Source: Alphaproteobacteria bacterium (GTDB taxonomy: Bacteria > Pseudomonadota > Alphaproteobacteria > MPNO01 > UBA830). Taken from it: 64,000 nucleotides of DNA. Below, in pieces: positions 49,665-59,842 of this stretch. Position 1 is the first letter of the stretch. Each line of letters starts with the position of its first letter. Below the pieces are notes generated by a model that saw nothing but the letters and a program-made list of their open reading frames with translations, did not search any database and was not told the DNA's origin. A program made the translations under genes and the position numbers. The DNA is taken from contig OZ251539.1 in the NCBI GenBank assembly GCA_965243135.1, positions 704,001 to 768,000 on the forward strand, given 5' to 3'.

Positions 49665-51194
49665 ATGCAGTGCAAAATTCTGGTTGCGGCGGCGACCGCC
49701 GCAGTTCTGACCGGCGGACCCGCTCCGGCGCAGAAGTCCGCGGACACGCTGCGAGTCGGCTTCTACGATCCGATTCCGGGCGTGGACCTGATTTACGATC
49801 CCAAGACCGAAACCACGTTCACGGCGCGCGCGGTGTTCGACACGCTGATTTCCTACGACGAGAAGACCAAGGAGTTCGAACCGCTGCTGGCGAAATCGTG
49901 GAGCCGGCCGGACGCGACGACGTACGAGTTCAATCTGCGCGACGACGTGAAGTTCCATGACGGCTCGCCGCTGGACGCGGACGATGTCGTCTACACGCTC
50001 AACTGGCTCGCGGACCCGAAGGTCAAGTTCCGCATCAAGACGCGCTTTCTCTGGATCGACAAGGCCGAGAAGGTCGATCGCTACACCGTGCGCGTGACCA
50101 CCAAGGGACCGCGGGCGGCCGCGTTGGCGCGGTTCGCCGTCAGCGTGCCGATTCTGCCGTCCGACGCGCACGGCGCCATGAAGAACAAGGCGGCGTTCGG
50201 GAAGAAGCCGATCGGAACGGGTCCCTACAAGGTCGTGTCGTACGATCCGAACGGCGGCGTCCGGATGGCGCGGAACCCCGACTACCGGCACGGCGTTCCT
50301 TCCAAGCCCGCCGGCCGGATCGAAAACGTCCATATCCTGCCGATTCCCGATATTCAGACCCAGGTCGCGCAACTCCTCACCGGCGGCATCGATCTGATTC
50401 ACAACGTGCCTAAGGATCAGGCCGACAACCTGTCGCAGGATCCGCGGCTGGCAATGACCGTCAGCAACGGAATCCTGTATCGCTACATCGCGTTCGACGC
50501 GTTGGGGCGTTCCGGGATCGACGATTTGAAGGATGCGCGGGTGCGCCGGGCGCTCGTCCATGCGATCGATCGCGATTCGATTCGCCGCAATATCTTCGCG
50601 GGCGGCGACGCGGTGAGGAAGATGGACTCCATCTGCAAGCCGCTGCAGATCGGTTGCGCCTTCGACCGCAAGCCGCCGGCCTACGACCCCGCGGCGGCGA
50701 AGAGATTGCTGGCGGAGGCCGGAAAGACCGGTCTCAAGCTGGAGATCACGACGTTGCCGGAATCGCGCAAGGTGGCGGAGGCGGTGGCGGGCTATCTGCG
50801 AGCCGTCGGGGTGCAGGCTTCCCTCAAGAGCGTCACGTTCGGCTCCTACAGGAAGCTGCAGCGATCCGGAAAGATCCAGACGCTGGTCCACCAGTTCGGC
50901 TCCGGCGGCGTTCCCGACGTCGACGCGCTGGTCACCTTCTACTTCGCCAGCAAGGCGCGCGATTACTACGGAGACGATCGGATCAAGGGCTGGATGAAGA
51001 AGGCGGGTTCGATCTTCGACGTTGCCGAGCGGGAGAAGCTCTACCGCAAGATCTTCAACCGGATCAACGATCAGGCCTACGTCATTCCGATCGCCAGTCT
51101 GCCTTCGGTATTCGTGCACGCAAAGGATCTGGAGATCGACGAAGGGATCATCATTCCCTTCGGCGTGCAGATGGGACGGATCAGCTGGAAATGA
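49665..51194 (+). CDS. ABC substrate-binding protein, family 5 (paralog 3)
   Basis: Nearly identical to paralog 2. Confidence 0.92.
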   Translation: MQCKILVAAATAAVLTGGPAPAQKSADTLRVGFYDPIPGVDLIYDPKTETTFTARAVFDTLISYDEKTKEFEPLLAKSWSRPDATTYEFNLRDDVKFHDGSPLDADDVVYTLNWLADPKVKFRIKTRFLWIDKAEKVDRYTVRVTTKGPRAAALARFAVSVPILPSDAHGAMKNKAAFGKKPIGTGPYKVVSYDPNGGVRMARNPDYRHGVPSKPAGRIENVHILPIPDIQTQVAQLLTGGIDLIHNVPKDQADNLSQDPRLAMTVSNGILYRYIAFDALGRSGIDDLKDARVRRALVHAIDRDSIRRNIFAGGDAVRKMDSICKPLQIGCAFDRKPPAYDPAAAKRLLAEAGKTGLKLEITTLPESRKVAEAVAGYLRAVGVQASLKSVTFGSYRKLQRSGKIQTLVHQFGSGGVPDVDALVTFYFASKARDYYGDDRIKGWMKKAGSIFDVAEREKLYRKIFNRINDQAYVIPIASLPSVFVHAKDLEIDEGIIIPFGVQMGRISWK

Positions 51195-51199
51195 CCCTG

Positions 51200-51690
51200 G
51201 GAGCCCCGCCCCTTGACCGGGCGGAGTGTTGCGCCGCCGCCGATTTGCCCGCATCGAGGTGACCGAAGCGGCCCCTCCGGTCGTCGTCGATGAAGATCGG
51301 ACTCGTCGACCCGCTTGCGGGTGGGGTCGAACGTTTCCCGCATGCAAGGCTCGAAGGCGGGGCGTTCGCCCGGGCGCGTCGACCGCGCATTTCTCTGGCA
51401 GTTCGAGCGGGAAATAATGCGTGTGGCGTTCAGCGGCCCGGTCGACGGTCCGGCGACAGGCCGCAAAGATGTCGCAGGCGCGGCCCCGTTCGCAGGATTC
51501 GAAGGTGCAGCGCCTCACCTCGTCGGGCGCCTGTTCGACGCCCGCGACGTTCGCAGACCAGATTCGCCGGCTTGCTCACCGCGAACTCGCAACGGCGCCC
51601 CTCGTTCATAGCCGTGCTCTTCGGCGATCCACTCATGCAGCCGCTCGTGAGATCGCACCACGAAATTCGCCGTGGTTTCCTCTCCTTCCA
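51200..51690 (-). pseudogene. Internally deleted remnant of a substrate-binding-protein-like gene (3' part also copied at 49290-49500)
   Basis: Fragments FVVRSHERLHEWIAEEHGY / FESCERGRACDIFAAC / HYFPLELPEK / PGERPAFEPCMRETFD occur in shifting frames. Confidence 0.5.
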
Positions 51691-51800
51691 TGCGGGTCGA
51701 TCCGCCGTGTCCCGTAAACCACCCGACTCGCATTTTTCGCGTCGGCGCGATGACAGGCCGGCGGGCGGTGGGGTAGGGTAGGGCGAAACGGGGGAGCGCC

Positions 51801-53054
51801 ATGCTGGACCACGCCGAGAACAGGAGATTGTCCGAAGTCGGCAGGAATACGCCGATGGGCGAACTGTTGCGGCGATACTGGCATCCTGTAGCCGCCGTCT
51901 CGGAAATGGAGGAACGCTCCACCAAGCCGGTGCGCCTCATGGGCGAGGATCTCGCGCTCTACCGGGACCTGTCCGGCGGCTACGGGTTGCTGGACAGGCA
52001 TTGCCCGCATCGGCGCGCCGATCTGACCTACGGCTACGTCGAACCTCACGGCCTGCGCTGCAGCTATCACGGCTGGTGCTACGACCGAACCGGCGCCTGC
52101 GTCGAACAGCCGTTCGAGGACAGGGCGGGTTCCCGATTCAGGGAGAAAATTCGGATAACCGCGTATCCCGTAGAGGCGCAGGGCGGCCTGCTGTGGGCGT
52201 ATCTCGGTCCCGAGCCCGCGCCGCTCGTTCCCAACTGGGAGCCGTTCACTTGGGAAAACGGTTTCCGCCAGATCGTGCTGTCGGAAATCCCGTGCAACTG
52301 GCTGCAGTGCCAGGAGAACTCGATCGATCCGGTCCATTTCGAGTGGCAGCACGCTAATTGGCGCGTCCGCGCGACGGGCGCTTCGGAACCCTACGCGCCG
52401 ACGCATCTGAAGATCGATTTCGAAGAGTTCGCATACGGCATCACCTACAAGCGCGTTCTGGAGGACACGGACGAAAACCATCCGTTGTGGACCGTCGGGC
52501 GCAATTGCCTGTGGCCCAACGCGCTGTTCACCGGAGATCACTTCGAGTGGCGCGTGCCGATCGACGACGGCAACACGCTCAGCGTCGGCTGGTTTTTCAA
52601 CCCCGTGCCGCGGGACCGGAGGCCGTTTCGGCAGAACGCGATCCCGTACTGGTACGGACCGGTCAAGGACGAAGAGACGGGACGCTGGATCACCAGCCAC
52701 GTCATGAACCAGGACTTCGTGGCGTGGGTCGGGCAGGGAAGGCTTGCCGACCGGTCGCGCGAGCATCTCGGACGCAGCGACCGCGGCGTGATTTTGATGC
52801 GGAAAATATTCGCCGACGATATCGAACGGATCGCAAACGGCGAGGACCCGAAGGCGGTAATCCGCGACCCGGCGGTCAACGCCTGCGTCGGCCTGCCGAT
52901 TTTCGACCGCGCCTATCTGGTTCAGGGACCGACCGGCGAGCAACTGCGAGACTCCGATCATCCGCGCGCGCGGTCCATGCGCAACTTCGTTTTCCAGGCC
53001 GGACAGCCGGCCGACATACGGGCAGCCTATGTGGAAGCGATGGGCTTCGAGTGA
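51801..53054 (+). CDS. Rieske oxygenase alpha subunit (phthalate 4,5-dioxygenase-like)
   Basis: TPMGELLRRYWHP, CPHR..CSYHGW, ENSIDPVHFEWQH, NQDFVAWVGQG, EHLGRSDRG. Confidence 0.92.
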   Translation: MLDHAENRRLSEVGRNTPMGELLRRYWHPVAAVSEMEERSTKPVRLMGEDLALYRDLSGGYGLLDRHCPHRRADLTYGYVEPHGLRCSYHGWCYDRTGACVEQPFEDRAGSRFREKIRITAYPVEAQGGLLWAYLGPEPAPLVPNWEPFTWENGFRQIVLSEIPCNWLQCQENSIDPVHFEWQHANWRVRATGASEPYAPTHLKIDFEEFAYGITYKRVLEDTDENHPLWTVGRNCLWPNALFTGDHFEWRVPIDDGNTLSVGWFFNPVPRDRRPFRQNAIPYWYGPVKDEETGRWITSHVMNQDFVAWVGQGRLADRSREHLGRSDRGVILMRKIFADDIERIANGEDPKAVIRDPAVNACVGLPIFDRAYLVQGPTGEQLRDSDHPRARSMRNFVFQAGQPADIRAAYVEAMGFE

Positions 53055-53111
53055 GATCCCGAGGCTGCGGGGCGGGCGCGGACAAACCGGTTTCCAGGAC
53101 GGACGGCGAGC

Positions 53112-54692
53112 ATGAGCGGAGCGAACGCGGCAACGAAGATTGCCGGGAGTCTGCGTCGTGCTTCAGAGACGGTTTCCTATTGGCCCGTTATCGCCCTGTA
53201 TTTGGCGATATTTTTGGCGTGCTATTTTTCCGTTTGGGCGAATGACTTCGCGATCAGCGACGATTATCCCGATTTCTTTTTCGGGACGAACGGAACGCAC
53301 CCGGAGAAGCGAACAATCGAGGGTCGGCCCTTATACGCGTTGATCGGCTATATCTTTGTCTGGCTCGCCACCGACCTCGAAGACTTGCGATGGATCCGGC
53401 TTGTCGGCGTCGTTGGAATCGCCCTGTTGGCATGGAGTTTATTTCTCGCGCTCGTGCGCGCCGGACATAGCCGCTTCCAATCCTTCTGCGTGGGCGCGAT
53501 CATCGGCTGTTCCCTGCCGTTTCAACTCTCCGCTGCGTGGGCCACGATAGCGCCTGTACCTTATGCCGCAGCGGTTTCGGGGCTATCCGCCCTGTTGACG
53601 GACCGAGCGTTCGACGAACCTCGCCGCGTCGGAAAACTGGCGCTGACGGCGGGTGCCGTTTTCTGCTTATTGGCGGCGCTTGCCATATATCAGCCCGCGG
53701 CGATGTTTTTCTGGGTATTTGCCGCCATCAACCTGTTGAAACCATCGGATGCGGAAGAGTCGGGGAGGACGTTTCGCCGCTTCGCCTTATACTGCGCTAT
53801 CTTCGCTGTCGGGATGGCTTTGGGGTTCGTTATTTACAAGCTTGGCCCTGCAATATATTCAGATAGCCATTATTCTGCTCGCGGCGGATTGATTGGAATC
53901 TCGGACATCCCGGAGAGGGTTCTGTGGTTTGTCCGCCCTTTGACGTACGCTCTAAATTTCCTCGTTATACTAACGAATTATCCGAACTGGATCTTGCCGG
54001 TCACAATACTCATATTTTCCTTTATTTTCGCGGGACTTTTTCCGTATTTCAAAAGAGATAGAGAACGCCGTATCTCGAAATACGCATTGGCCATGCTTCT
54101 GTTGTTTCTCAGCCATTCCGTCATGCTTTCCGTCGAACAGCGGGCAAACGATTATCGAATGATACCGGCTCTTACCTCCCTCGTCGTTTTCTATATGTAT
54201 CTTGCCGTACAGGGATTTGCGAGCCGTTTTTCCGTCGGTCGAATAAATTGCGTCGCAGGCGCGACGGCAGCCGTCTGCATCGCGGTTGCGGCATGGCAGG
54301 TTCATGCCTGTTTCGTAATGCCTCAAATCAAGGAGTTGGAATTTGTTCGCTTCCAATTGCAACAAGCGAACCTGTCGGAATACAGGAATATTCATGTTAT
54401 TCGTCCCGAAAGATGGAGCAAATTTATGCCGATGCAGTATGCTGGAGCATCCAGCTATCATTCATGGACACCTCAATCGATGGTAGGTTTCGTATTGCGT
54501 GACGTAGCGCCGGGATACGCTAGCCTGAAAGTCACGAGTTCCGCTTCCGACGATCCATCACCCCCGCCCGTAGGGAGTTTGGTTGTCGATATGCGCAAAG
54601 GAGTATCGGTGCATCCGTTTACCATCTCTTCAATATGGCCTTTCGATAGACTCGGAGCGCTGTCCAAAAGCTTGGAGAAAATTTTCCGTTAG
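53112..54692 (+). CDS. GtrII-like (GT-C fold) membrane glucosyltransferase
   Basis: FAISDDY, EGRPL, LAIYQP, about 11 TM segments, periplasmic tail; lower GC. Confidence 0.7.
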   Translation: MSGANAATKIAGSLRRASETVSYWPVIALYLAIFLACYFSVWANDFAISDDYPDFFFGTNGTHPEKRTIEGRPLYALIGYIFVWLATDLEDLRWIRLVGVVGIALLAWSLFLALVRAGHSRFQSFCVGAIIGCSLPFQLSAAWATIAPVPYAAAVSGLSALLTDRAFDEPRRVGKLALTAGAVFCLLAALAIYQPAAMFFWVFAAINLLKPSDAEESGRTFRRFALYCAIFAVGMALGFVIYKLGPAIYSDSHYSARGGLIGISDIPERVLWFVRPLTYALNFLVILTNYPNWILPVTILIFSFIFAGLFPYFKRDRERRISKYALAMLLLFLSHSVMLSVEQRANDYRMIPALTSLVVFYMYLAVQGFASRFSVGRINCVAGATAAVCIAVAAWQVHACFVMPQIKELEFVRFQLQQANLSEYRNIHVIRPERWSKFMPMQYAGASSYHSWTPQSMVGFVLRDVAPGYASLKVTSSASDDPSPPPVGSLVVDMRKGVSVHPFTISSIWPFDRLGALSKSLEKIFR

Positions 54693-54899
54693 AGCCGACC
54701 GTGGACTCAAGGCACGGGAGTTGTTCGAAAATCAGGGAGAATGCGGCGTACGCGCAGGCGTTCAGCGTCGCTTTTGATCCGGCGATTTCGAAACACTTCG
54801 AGCCGAAATTTCTGCATGGACTTCGACAACGGAGCGTGAAGCGCGGCTATTCGATAAAGGACCGATCGGAGATCGGAGAGCGGCTGCGAGATTCCGATC

Positions 54900-55207
54900 A
54901 TCCGCCGAGTCGCCATGACGGTAGGGCAGGGTATCGGGTTCGTCGCGGTGCAGGGCCACAGATCGAGAATCGGAGCCAGTCGGGCAATCGTTGTCCGCAT
55001 CGAAAAGCACGAGGATGCCCGCGCAATCGTGAGTCTAGGCCGCCGTGCGGATCGCGTTCTGCAAAGGATCCCGCTTTGCGAGTTGCTACCGCGGGCGCCG
55101 TTCGCGATCTTCACTCCCCAAGCCTGAGCTTCGTCGCGCAAGCGTCGGAACGGGATCGGCGCAGAGGAGATTTCGCCGTGCCCTTCGACAATCGGTTGGT
55201 TATTCAT
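54900..55207 (-). pseudogene. DUF4276-like (TOPRIM-like) remnant
   Basis: QPIVEGHGEISSAP..RRL, then after a frameshift LFDADNDCP. ATGA overlap with the upstream ATPase; the C-terminus is lost. Confidence 0.6.
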
Positions 55208-56397
55208 CGTAGATCTTGGAAAAAATCGCTCCGGTTGACGCCGTCCTGAGAGCATGGCGCGGCTTCCAGGGCGTTCGCGCGAAACAATCCGCCCGCTTCC
55301 GTCAGGCCTTTCCGTAAGGCGCGACGGTTCGCATTCGACACCGGTGCGACGCGGGTTGCTCCTTCATTCCATTCGACCACTCGTAAATGACGGTTGCCGA
55401 CCTCCCGCCGGTCAAGCAGTTCCGGGCTGTGGGTGGTCACGATGACCTGCATGCGTTCACTTGCCTCCCACAGCAAATCGAGCACCGCGCCCAATGCGCC
55501 GGGGTGGATTGTCGCCTCAGGTTCTTCCACTGCGATCAACGTCGGCGGCGGCTTCTGAAACACCGAAGCCAGCAGTCCGATCGCGCGCAGGGCGCCGTCG
55601 GACATGCTCGATCCTTCGAACTTGAGCGTTCTCGGAGTGCCTTTCCCCCATTCCCGGGTGATCTCCAATGACTGCTTCTTCCCGTATCGCTTGACGGAAA
55701 CCCGGCGCGTATTCGGAACGATCGCTTCAAGAAACGATGACAGACGTTCGAAATCGCCCCGCCGCTGGCTTTCGATCCTTTCGAGCACGCTCGCCGCATT
55801 CGCGCCGTCCGGCAACAGAGCGTAGCCCGCGTCCGGTTCCTGCATCCCCCGCAGCTTTTCGGGTTCGATGGAATACGCGTTCATGCGAGAGAACGCGCGC
55901 CATACCGGTTTGAAATTCTTTGTGCCGCCAATAATCGGAAGCGCCAGGGAAGTCATTTCGAGCAATGGATGCAAACCGCCAACGTTCGAGTCAAAACGCT
56001 TCCCCTCGCGATCGAACCAGCTTCGCTCCTCCCCTTGGCGGAACACGCACTGTTCTCTCGACACCGAAAAGTTTTTCGTACGATCCGCTTTAACCTCGAA
56101 GGCGTAGAAACCGCGCTGCCTGTTTCTCCTGAAATCAAAATCGACGCGCATGGCAAGATTCGGCGGACGCCCTTCGCCGGACGATCGATTCCTGACCGCC
56201 GAGAAGCCACCCGCCCGGTCGAACGTCGTTGGCAGCGGCATTCTCATGGCATCGGCGAGAAAGGAGAATGCGCTCAAGATATTGCTCTTTCCGGAAGCGT
56301 TGCGGCCCACGAGGATCGTCGGGTTGTCGAACTCGATACGACCCGCCGGAACGCTGCGGAAACCTTTCAACACGAGTTGCCGGACAAAGGGTTTCAT
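55204..56397 (-). CDS. AAA_21/ABC-type ATPase (defence associated)
   Basis: LKGFRS, GRNASGKS, MSDGALR, VEEPEATIHP, QVIVTTHSPELL. Confidence 0.88.
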   Translation of the reverse strand: MKPFVRQLVLKGFRSVPAGRIEFDNPTILVGRNASGKSNILSAFSFLADAMRMPLPTTFDRAGGFSAVRNRSSGEGRPPNLAMRVDFDFRRNRQRGFYAFEVKADRTKNFSVSREQCVFRQGEERSWFDREGKRFDSNVGGLHPLLEMTSLALPIIGGTKNFKPVWRAFSRMNAYSIEPEKLRGMQEPDAGYALLPDGANAASVLERIESQRRGDFERLSSFLEAIVPNTRRVSVKRYGKKQSLEITREWGKGTPRTLKFEGSSMSDGALRAIGLLASVFQKPPPTLIAVEEPEATIHPGALGAVLDLLWEASERMQVIVTTHSPELLDRREVGNRHLRVVEWNEGATRVAPVSNANRRALRKGLTEAGGLFRANALEAAPCSQDGVNRSDFFQDLR

Positions 56398-57181
56398 CTC
56401 TTGCTGCCTACGGCCGCGGTACCGGGCCTATCGTCGAGAACGGCACGGGCGACCGGCCCGGGTTGCGAGCGTCCATGCGTTTCAATTCCCGAAGCGCGGT
56501 GCGCCTCGCAGCCGCCGACGCCGCCTTGTTCGGCAAACTCCCGGCGCGACGCGGGACCATGCGGCGACGATCCTGCCGGACGATCCAGTGACGGCGAATC
56601 CGTCCCCCGTACGGCACCGTTCTTGCACGCTCAGAATCAGCGCCGCGACCGGCCGATCCCTGCGCACGCGCCATCGGAAACCCTCCCTATCGTCAACCCC
56701 CATTCTACAATGATCCTTACTTCAGTTCACCGTCCGAACGTTGCGGATAACGTGCAGCGCGCGCGGCTGCTTCCGTGGGCATTCGGGACGGCCTGAAATT
56801 TCGAACCGTCGGCGGCGGCGGGCGACGCCGATGCATGGGTCGCAGTTGCGAGGGACCGACCTGCGCGCGACTGCGGAACAAGGGCAGCCGCGTACCCGTT
56901 CCATGCGCAGTTGGTTCGCATCATGTATGCGTGATCTTGCGCAGCATTGCTCGACTGCGCGGAGGAGCGTCCACGAACGAAATTCTAAAGGTCGGCGTTA
57001 TTCCAGAAAGCTAAAAGATTTCCCCCAGAGCTTCGCCCGTTCGTTGTCGTGCGCCCATGCGCAGGCCGAGCCTTTCGTTTTCCGGGCCGGCCTGCGGGCC
57101 GCCTACGTGAAGGCGATGGGCTTCGAGTGGTCTCCAGAGGCTCCGCGGGAGGACAAACCGGTTTCCGGAGCGGTAGACGCT

Positions 57182-59842
57182 TCAGAAGTCGATCTGCAAT
57201 TGAGCTGAAACTCCATGGTTCCGGGTTTCGTTTTCGTATTCCACGCCGAAGGCGAGTTGCGCGCCCCTCTGAACCGGCAGGGCATAGCCCAAGGCGTAGT
57301 GCATCGTCGGTCGGGCGCGCAAATCGATCACGGCTTGCCGCTGCTCGAGCGACTGCGGGCGTCCGCGGTAGAACGCATCGACAAAACTGCTTCCTGTCGC
57401 CACGAGATGGTCGATCCGGATCTGTCCTTTTCTGCTCCGGGTCTTCTGGCCGACGGAAAACCGCAAGGTATCTTCGTCCCGGAGCGCATTGCGCCCCTGG
57501 ACGCCCATCGACCATCCATCCGCTCGCAGCCCGGATATGCCGGACAGCATGCCGCCGGTCGCGGAGACTTCCCCGGAATTGCGTTCGTATCCGGCGAACC
57601 CGCGCCAATTCCCGCCCAAAGAACCTGACAGGGACAACTTCTGCCGGAGGGTTTCGGTACGTATGTTTCCGAGCGCGCCGAACGTAGAACCCCAGACGCT
57701 GCGGCTTTCGTCGATGCGCGAGAACTCCGCCGCAAAGTCGAACCCGCCGCGCGCGTGCCGCCATTGCAAGCCGAACTGGCGCCACGGCGTCCGCTGCGAC
57801 TCTCGCCCGCTGAACGCGACGAACGGCCGCGCGCCGTCGCCCTGCATGTGCAACGCGACGGCCCCTCCGGCGCTGTCGAAGAAGGGGGACGAAGCAGGGG
57901 CGGCGTCATGGAAGGCGCTCCATTCGCTCCATGACGACGTCCTGCAATCGCCGCAAAGATCGTGACTCAACCGCCAGCGGCCAAGCAGGCCGGTGGAAAA
58001 ATCCATCCCCACGGCGCGAAACGCCTGTTGGTCGAGATCGGCGAAAAGGACGGAATTCTCGACGCGGTAGCCGTTTGTCGGCGCGAGCATGTCCTTGGCG
58101 GCGTGAATCAACGTGGGGGAAGGCGGAGGAGCCTCGATGTCGACGATGCCGGACAGCTTCATGTTGTAGTACGCGCTGCCCACGCCGCCTACGGCGACCT
58201 CGACGGCCCGCATTCTCTCGCCCGCTTGGGCGAGGGCGGGGGACAGCGTCACGCGGGCGTTCCGCAGCGGAATTCCTGCGCGTCGATCGACGACGGAGTA
58301 CGGCAGGCGGACAGTCCCCTGCTTGACGATCGCGTTTTCGAGATTCAACTTTCCCCAGCCGTAGACCGCGTCCGGCTCGTCGGGGTTGTCCGCCCGTGTT
58401 CCAAGCGGGTCCGCGGACTCGAGCAGCAGGGCTTGCACGACCTCCATCGGCATGCTGGACAGCCGGCTCTTTAGAACCGCCAACGCACCGGTCACCATGG
58501 GGGCGGCGAACGAGGTACCGCCGATCACCCTGTCCGGGTCGGGGAAAATTCTGAGATTTTCCCCCGGCGCTACCAGGCACCAGTTTCTCGCGGCGCCGCA
58601 TCCGTTGGAGAACGCAGCGATTTCGCCGTCTTCATTCATCGCCGCGACGACCAGCCATTTTCCGAGCAGCCCGGGTTCGAACAACGGAGCTTCCATCCAT
58701 CCTCCACCGGAGTTGTAGTCGACGCAGTCGTCGCTGCCGCAGTCCGTGCCCCACAAGTCCTTGAAGGGGACGGTATCGCCCTCGCGCGTGAACTTCTCCA
58801 TGAATTCCGTGGCGGGGACCGTTACGTCTCCTAGTAAGCAACCCTCCTCCTTTTGGAAATTTTTCCCGCACATGGAGACTCTGTTGTTGACGGCGTTCCA
58901 TCCGTCGTTGCTGGCCGCCCACACCGCCACGATGTCCTCGTCCGCGAGAACGCTCGCGGCTTGGGCGAACTCGCTTGTCCAATAGTCGTCGCGGATAAGA
59001 GGATTGAAAGCGGGCAAAGGCTGGGTCAGCCATATCCCGGGTCTTCCGTCGTAGCTTCCCGTATGGAAGAACGGTGTTCCGATGCTGAGGTTGACGACGT
59101 CGGCGCCGTTGTCGACCGCGTGCTGGAGCGCCGCTATCGGCTGCCCGCCGCCGGACAGCCCTATCGGCATTATCGAGGCCGAGGGCGCGACTCCATGAAT
59201 GTTTTTGGTGAGAATCGGGCCGCCCTCGTCGACTTGGTCGACCGTTACCTGGAAGGGTCCTCCGGGATTGGCTCTCGCTCCCGCCGCGATCATGGCGACG
59301 TAAGTGCCGTGCACCGTGTTTCGGTCGCTCTCGGTCACGAGCTCGTCATCGAAGATCACGCGCTTCGGCGCGGTGATTCTGCCCGCCAGATCGGGATGGG
59401 TGAGGTCTATGCCGTCGTCCGCGATCGCGATGGTCACTCCTTGGCCGAAATAGCCGCGCTCGTAGGCCGTATGCGCGAGGATGCTCTTCAATCCCCAATG
59501 TTCTCCGTATTCCGGGGTCTGGTAGTCCATGCCGTCCGGCGCGGCGGGAGCGCCCAAATCCATTGGCCGGAATTCGAGGCCGACCGGGTTCGGCGTCGCA
59601 GGTCCGCCCGTGTTCGGCGGAGGGTCATCGTTCGGCGGGGGGGGACCGCCGCCTCCGCCTCCGCCGCAGGCCGCCAGGAGCGCAACGCAGGCCAGCAAAG
59701 GAACCGCAGTGCGCCCCTTTCGGAGCCAGCGCCGCGAGAAACCGGGGCGTAAATCGTTTCGTCGCTCGTCCGAGCGAAGGGGCGCGTCTTTAACCCACGA
59801 TACGCTGTCGCGTTCCCGGCGGTTGCCGAGCCATGCTTTCAT
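57182..59842 (-). CDS. S8 subtilisin-like serine protease, lipoprotein with an autotransporter-like C-terminus
   Basis: Lipobox LLAAC plus Gly/Pro linker; catalytic IADDG, HGTYVA, GTSFAAP; FSNGCG, YGWG; terminal Phe. Start codon uncertain. Confidence 0.88.
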   Translation of the reverse strand: MKAWLGNRRERDSVSWVKDAPLRSDERRNDLRPGFSRRWLRKGRTAVPLLACVALLAACGGGGGGGPPPPNDDPPPNTGGPATPNPVGLEFRPMDLGAPAAPDGMDYQTPEYGEHWGLKSILAHTAYERGYFGQGVTIAIADDGIDLTHPDLAGRITAPKRVIFDDELVTESDRNTVHGTYVAMIAAGARANPGGPFQVTVDQVDEGGPILTKNIHGVAPSASIMPIGLSGGGQPIAALQHAVDNGADVVNLSIGTPFFHTGSYDGRPGIWLTQPLPAFNPLIRDDYWTSEFAQAASVLADEDIVAVWAASNDGWNAVNNRVSMCGKNFQKEEGCLLGDVTVPATEFMEKFTREGDTVPFKDLWGTDCGSDDCVDYNSGGGWMEAPLFEPGLLGKWLVVAAMNEDGEIAAFSNGCGAARNWCLVAPGENLRIFPDPDRVIGGTSFAAPMVTGALAVLKSRLSSMPMEVVQALLLESADPLGTRADNPDEPDAVYGWGKLNLENAIVKQGTVRLPYSVVDRRAGIPLRNARVTLSPALAQAGERMRAVEVAVGGVGSAYYNMKLSGIVDIEAPPPSPTLIHAAKDMLAPTNGYRVENSVLFADLDQQAFRAVGMDFSTGLLGRWRLSHDLCGDCRTSSWSEWSAFHDAAPASSPFFDSAGGAVALHMQGDGARPFVAFSGRESQRTPWRQFGLQWRHARGGFDFAAEFSRIDESRSVWGSTFGALGNIRTETLRQKLSLSGSLGGNWRGFAGYERNSGEVSATGGMLSGISGLRADGWSMGVQGRNALRDEDTLRFSVGQKTRSRKGQIRIDHLVATGSSFVDAFYRGRPQSLEQRQAVIDLRARPTMHYALGYALPVQRGAQLAFGVEYENETRNHGVSAQLQIDF

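Larger units (their letters stand above)
47620..51435 (+). repeat. Tandem duplication of about 1.9 kb (about 47620-49500 and 49550-51435)
   Basis: Near-identical CDSs plus shared upstream (ccgccggagacagggagaca) and downstream (ccggtcgtcgtcga..gcaaggctcgaaggcg..gcgtcgaccgcgca) sequence. Confidence 0.9.

Noticed and set aside
43883-51435. Possible diversity-generating retroelement or shufflon behind the repeated binding-protein genes
   Set aside because: No reverse transcriptase or invertase is present, and the differences do not appear adenine-specific. Whole-gene duplication explains the pattern.
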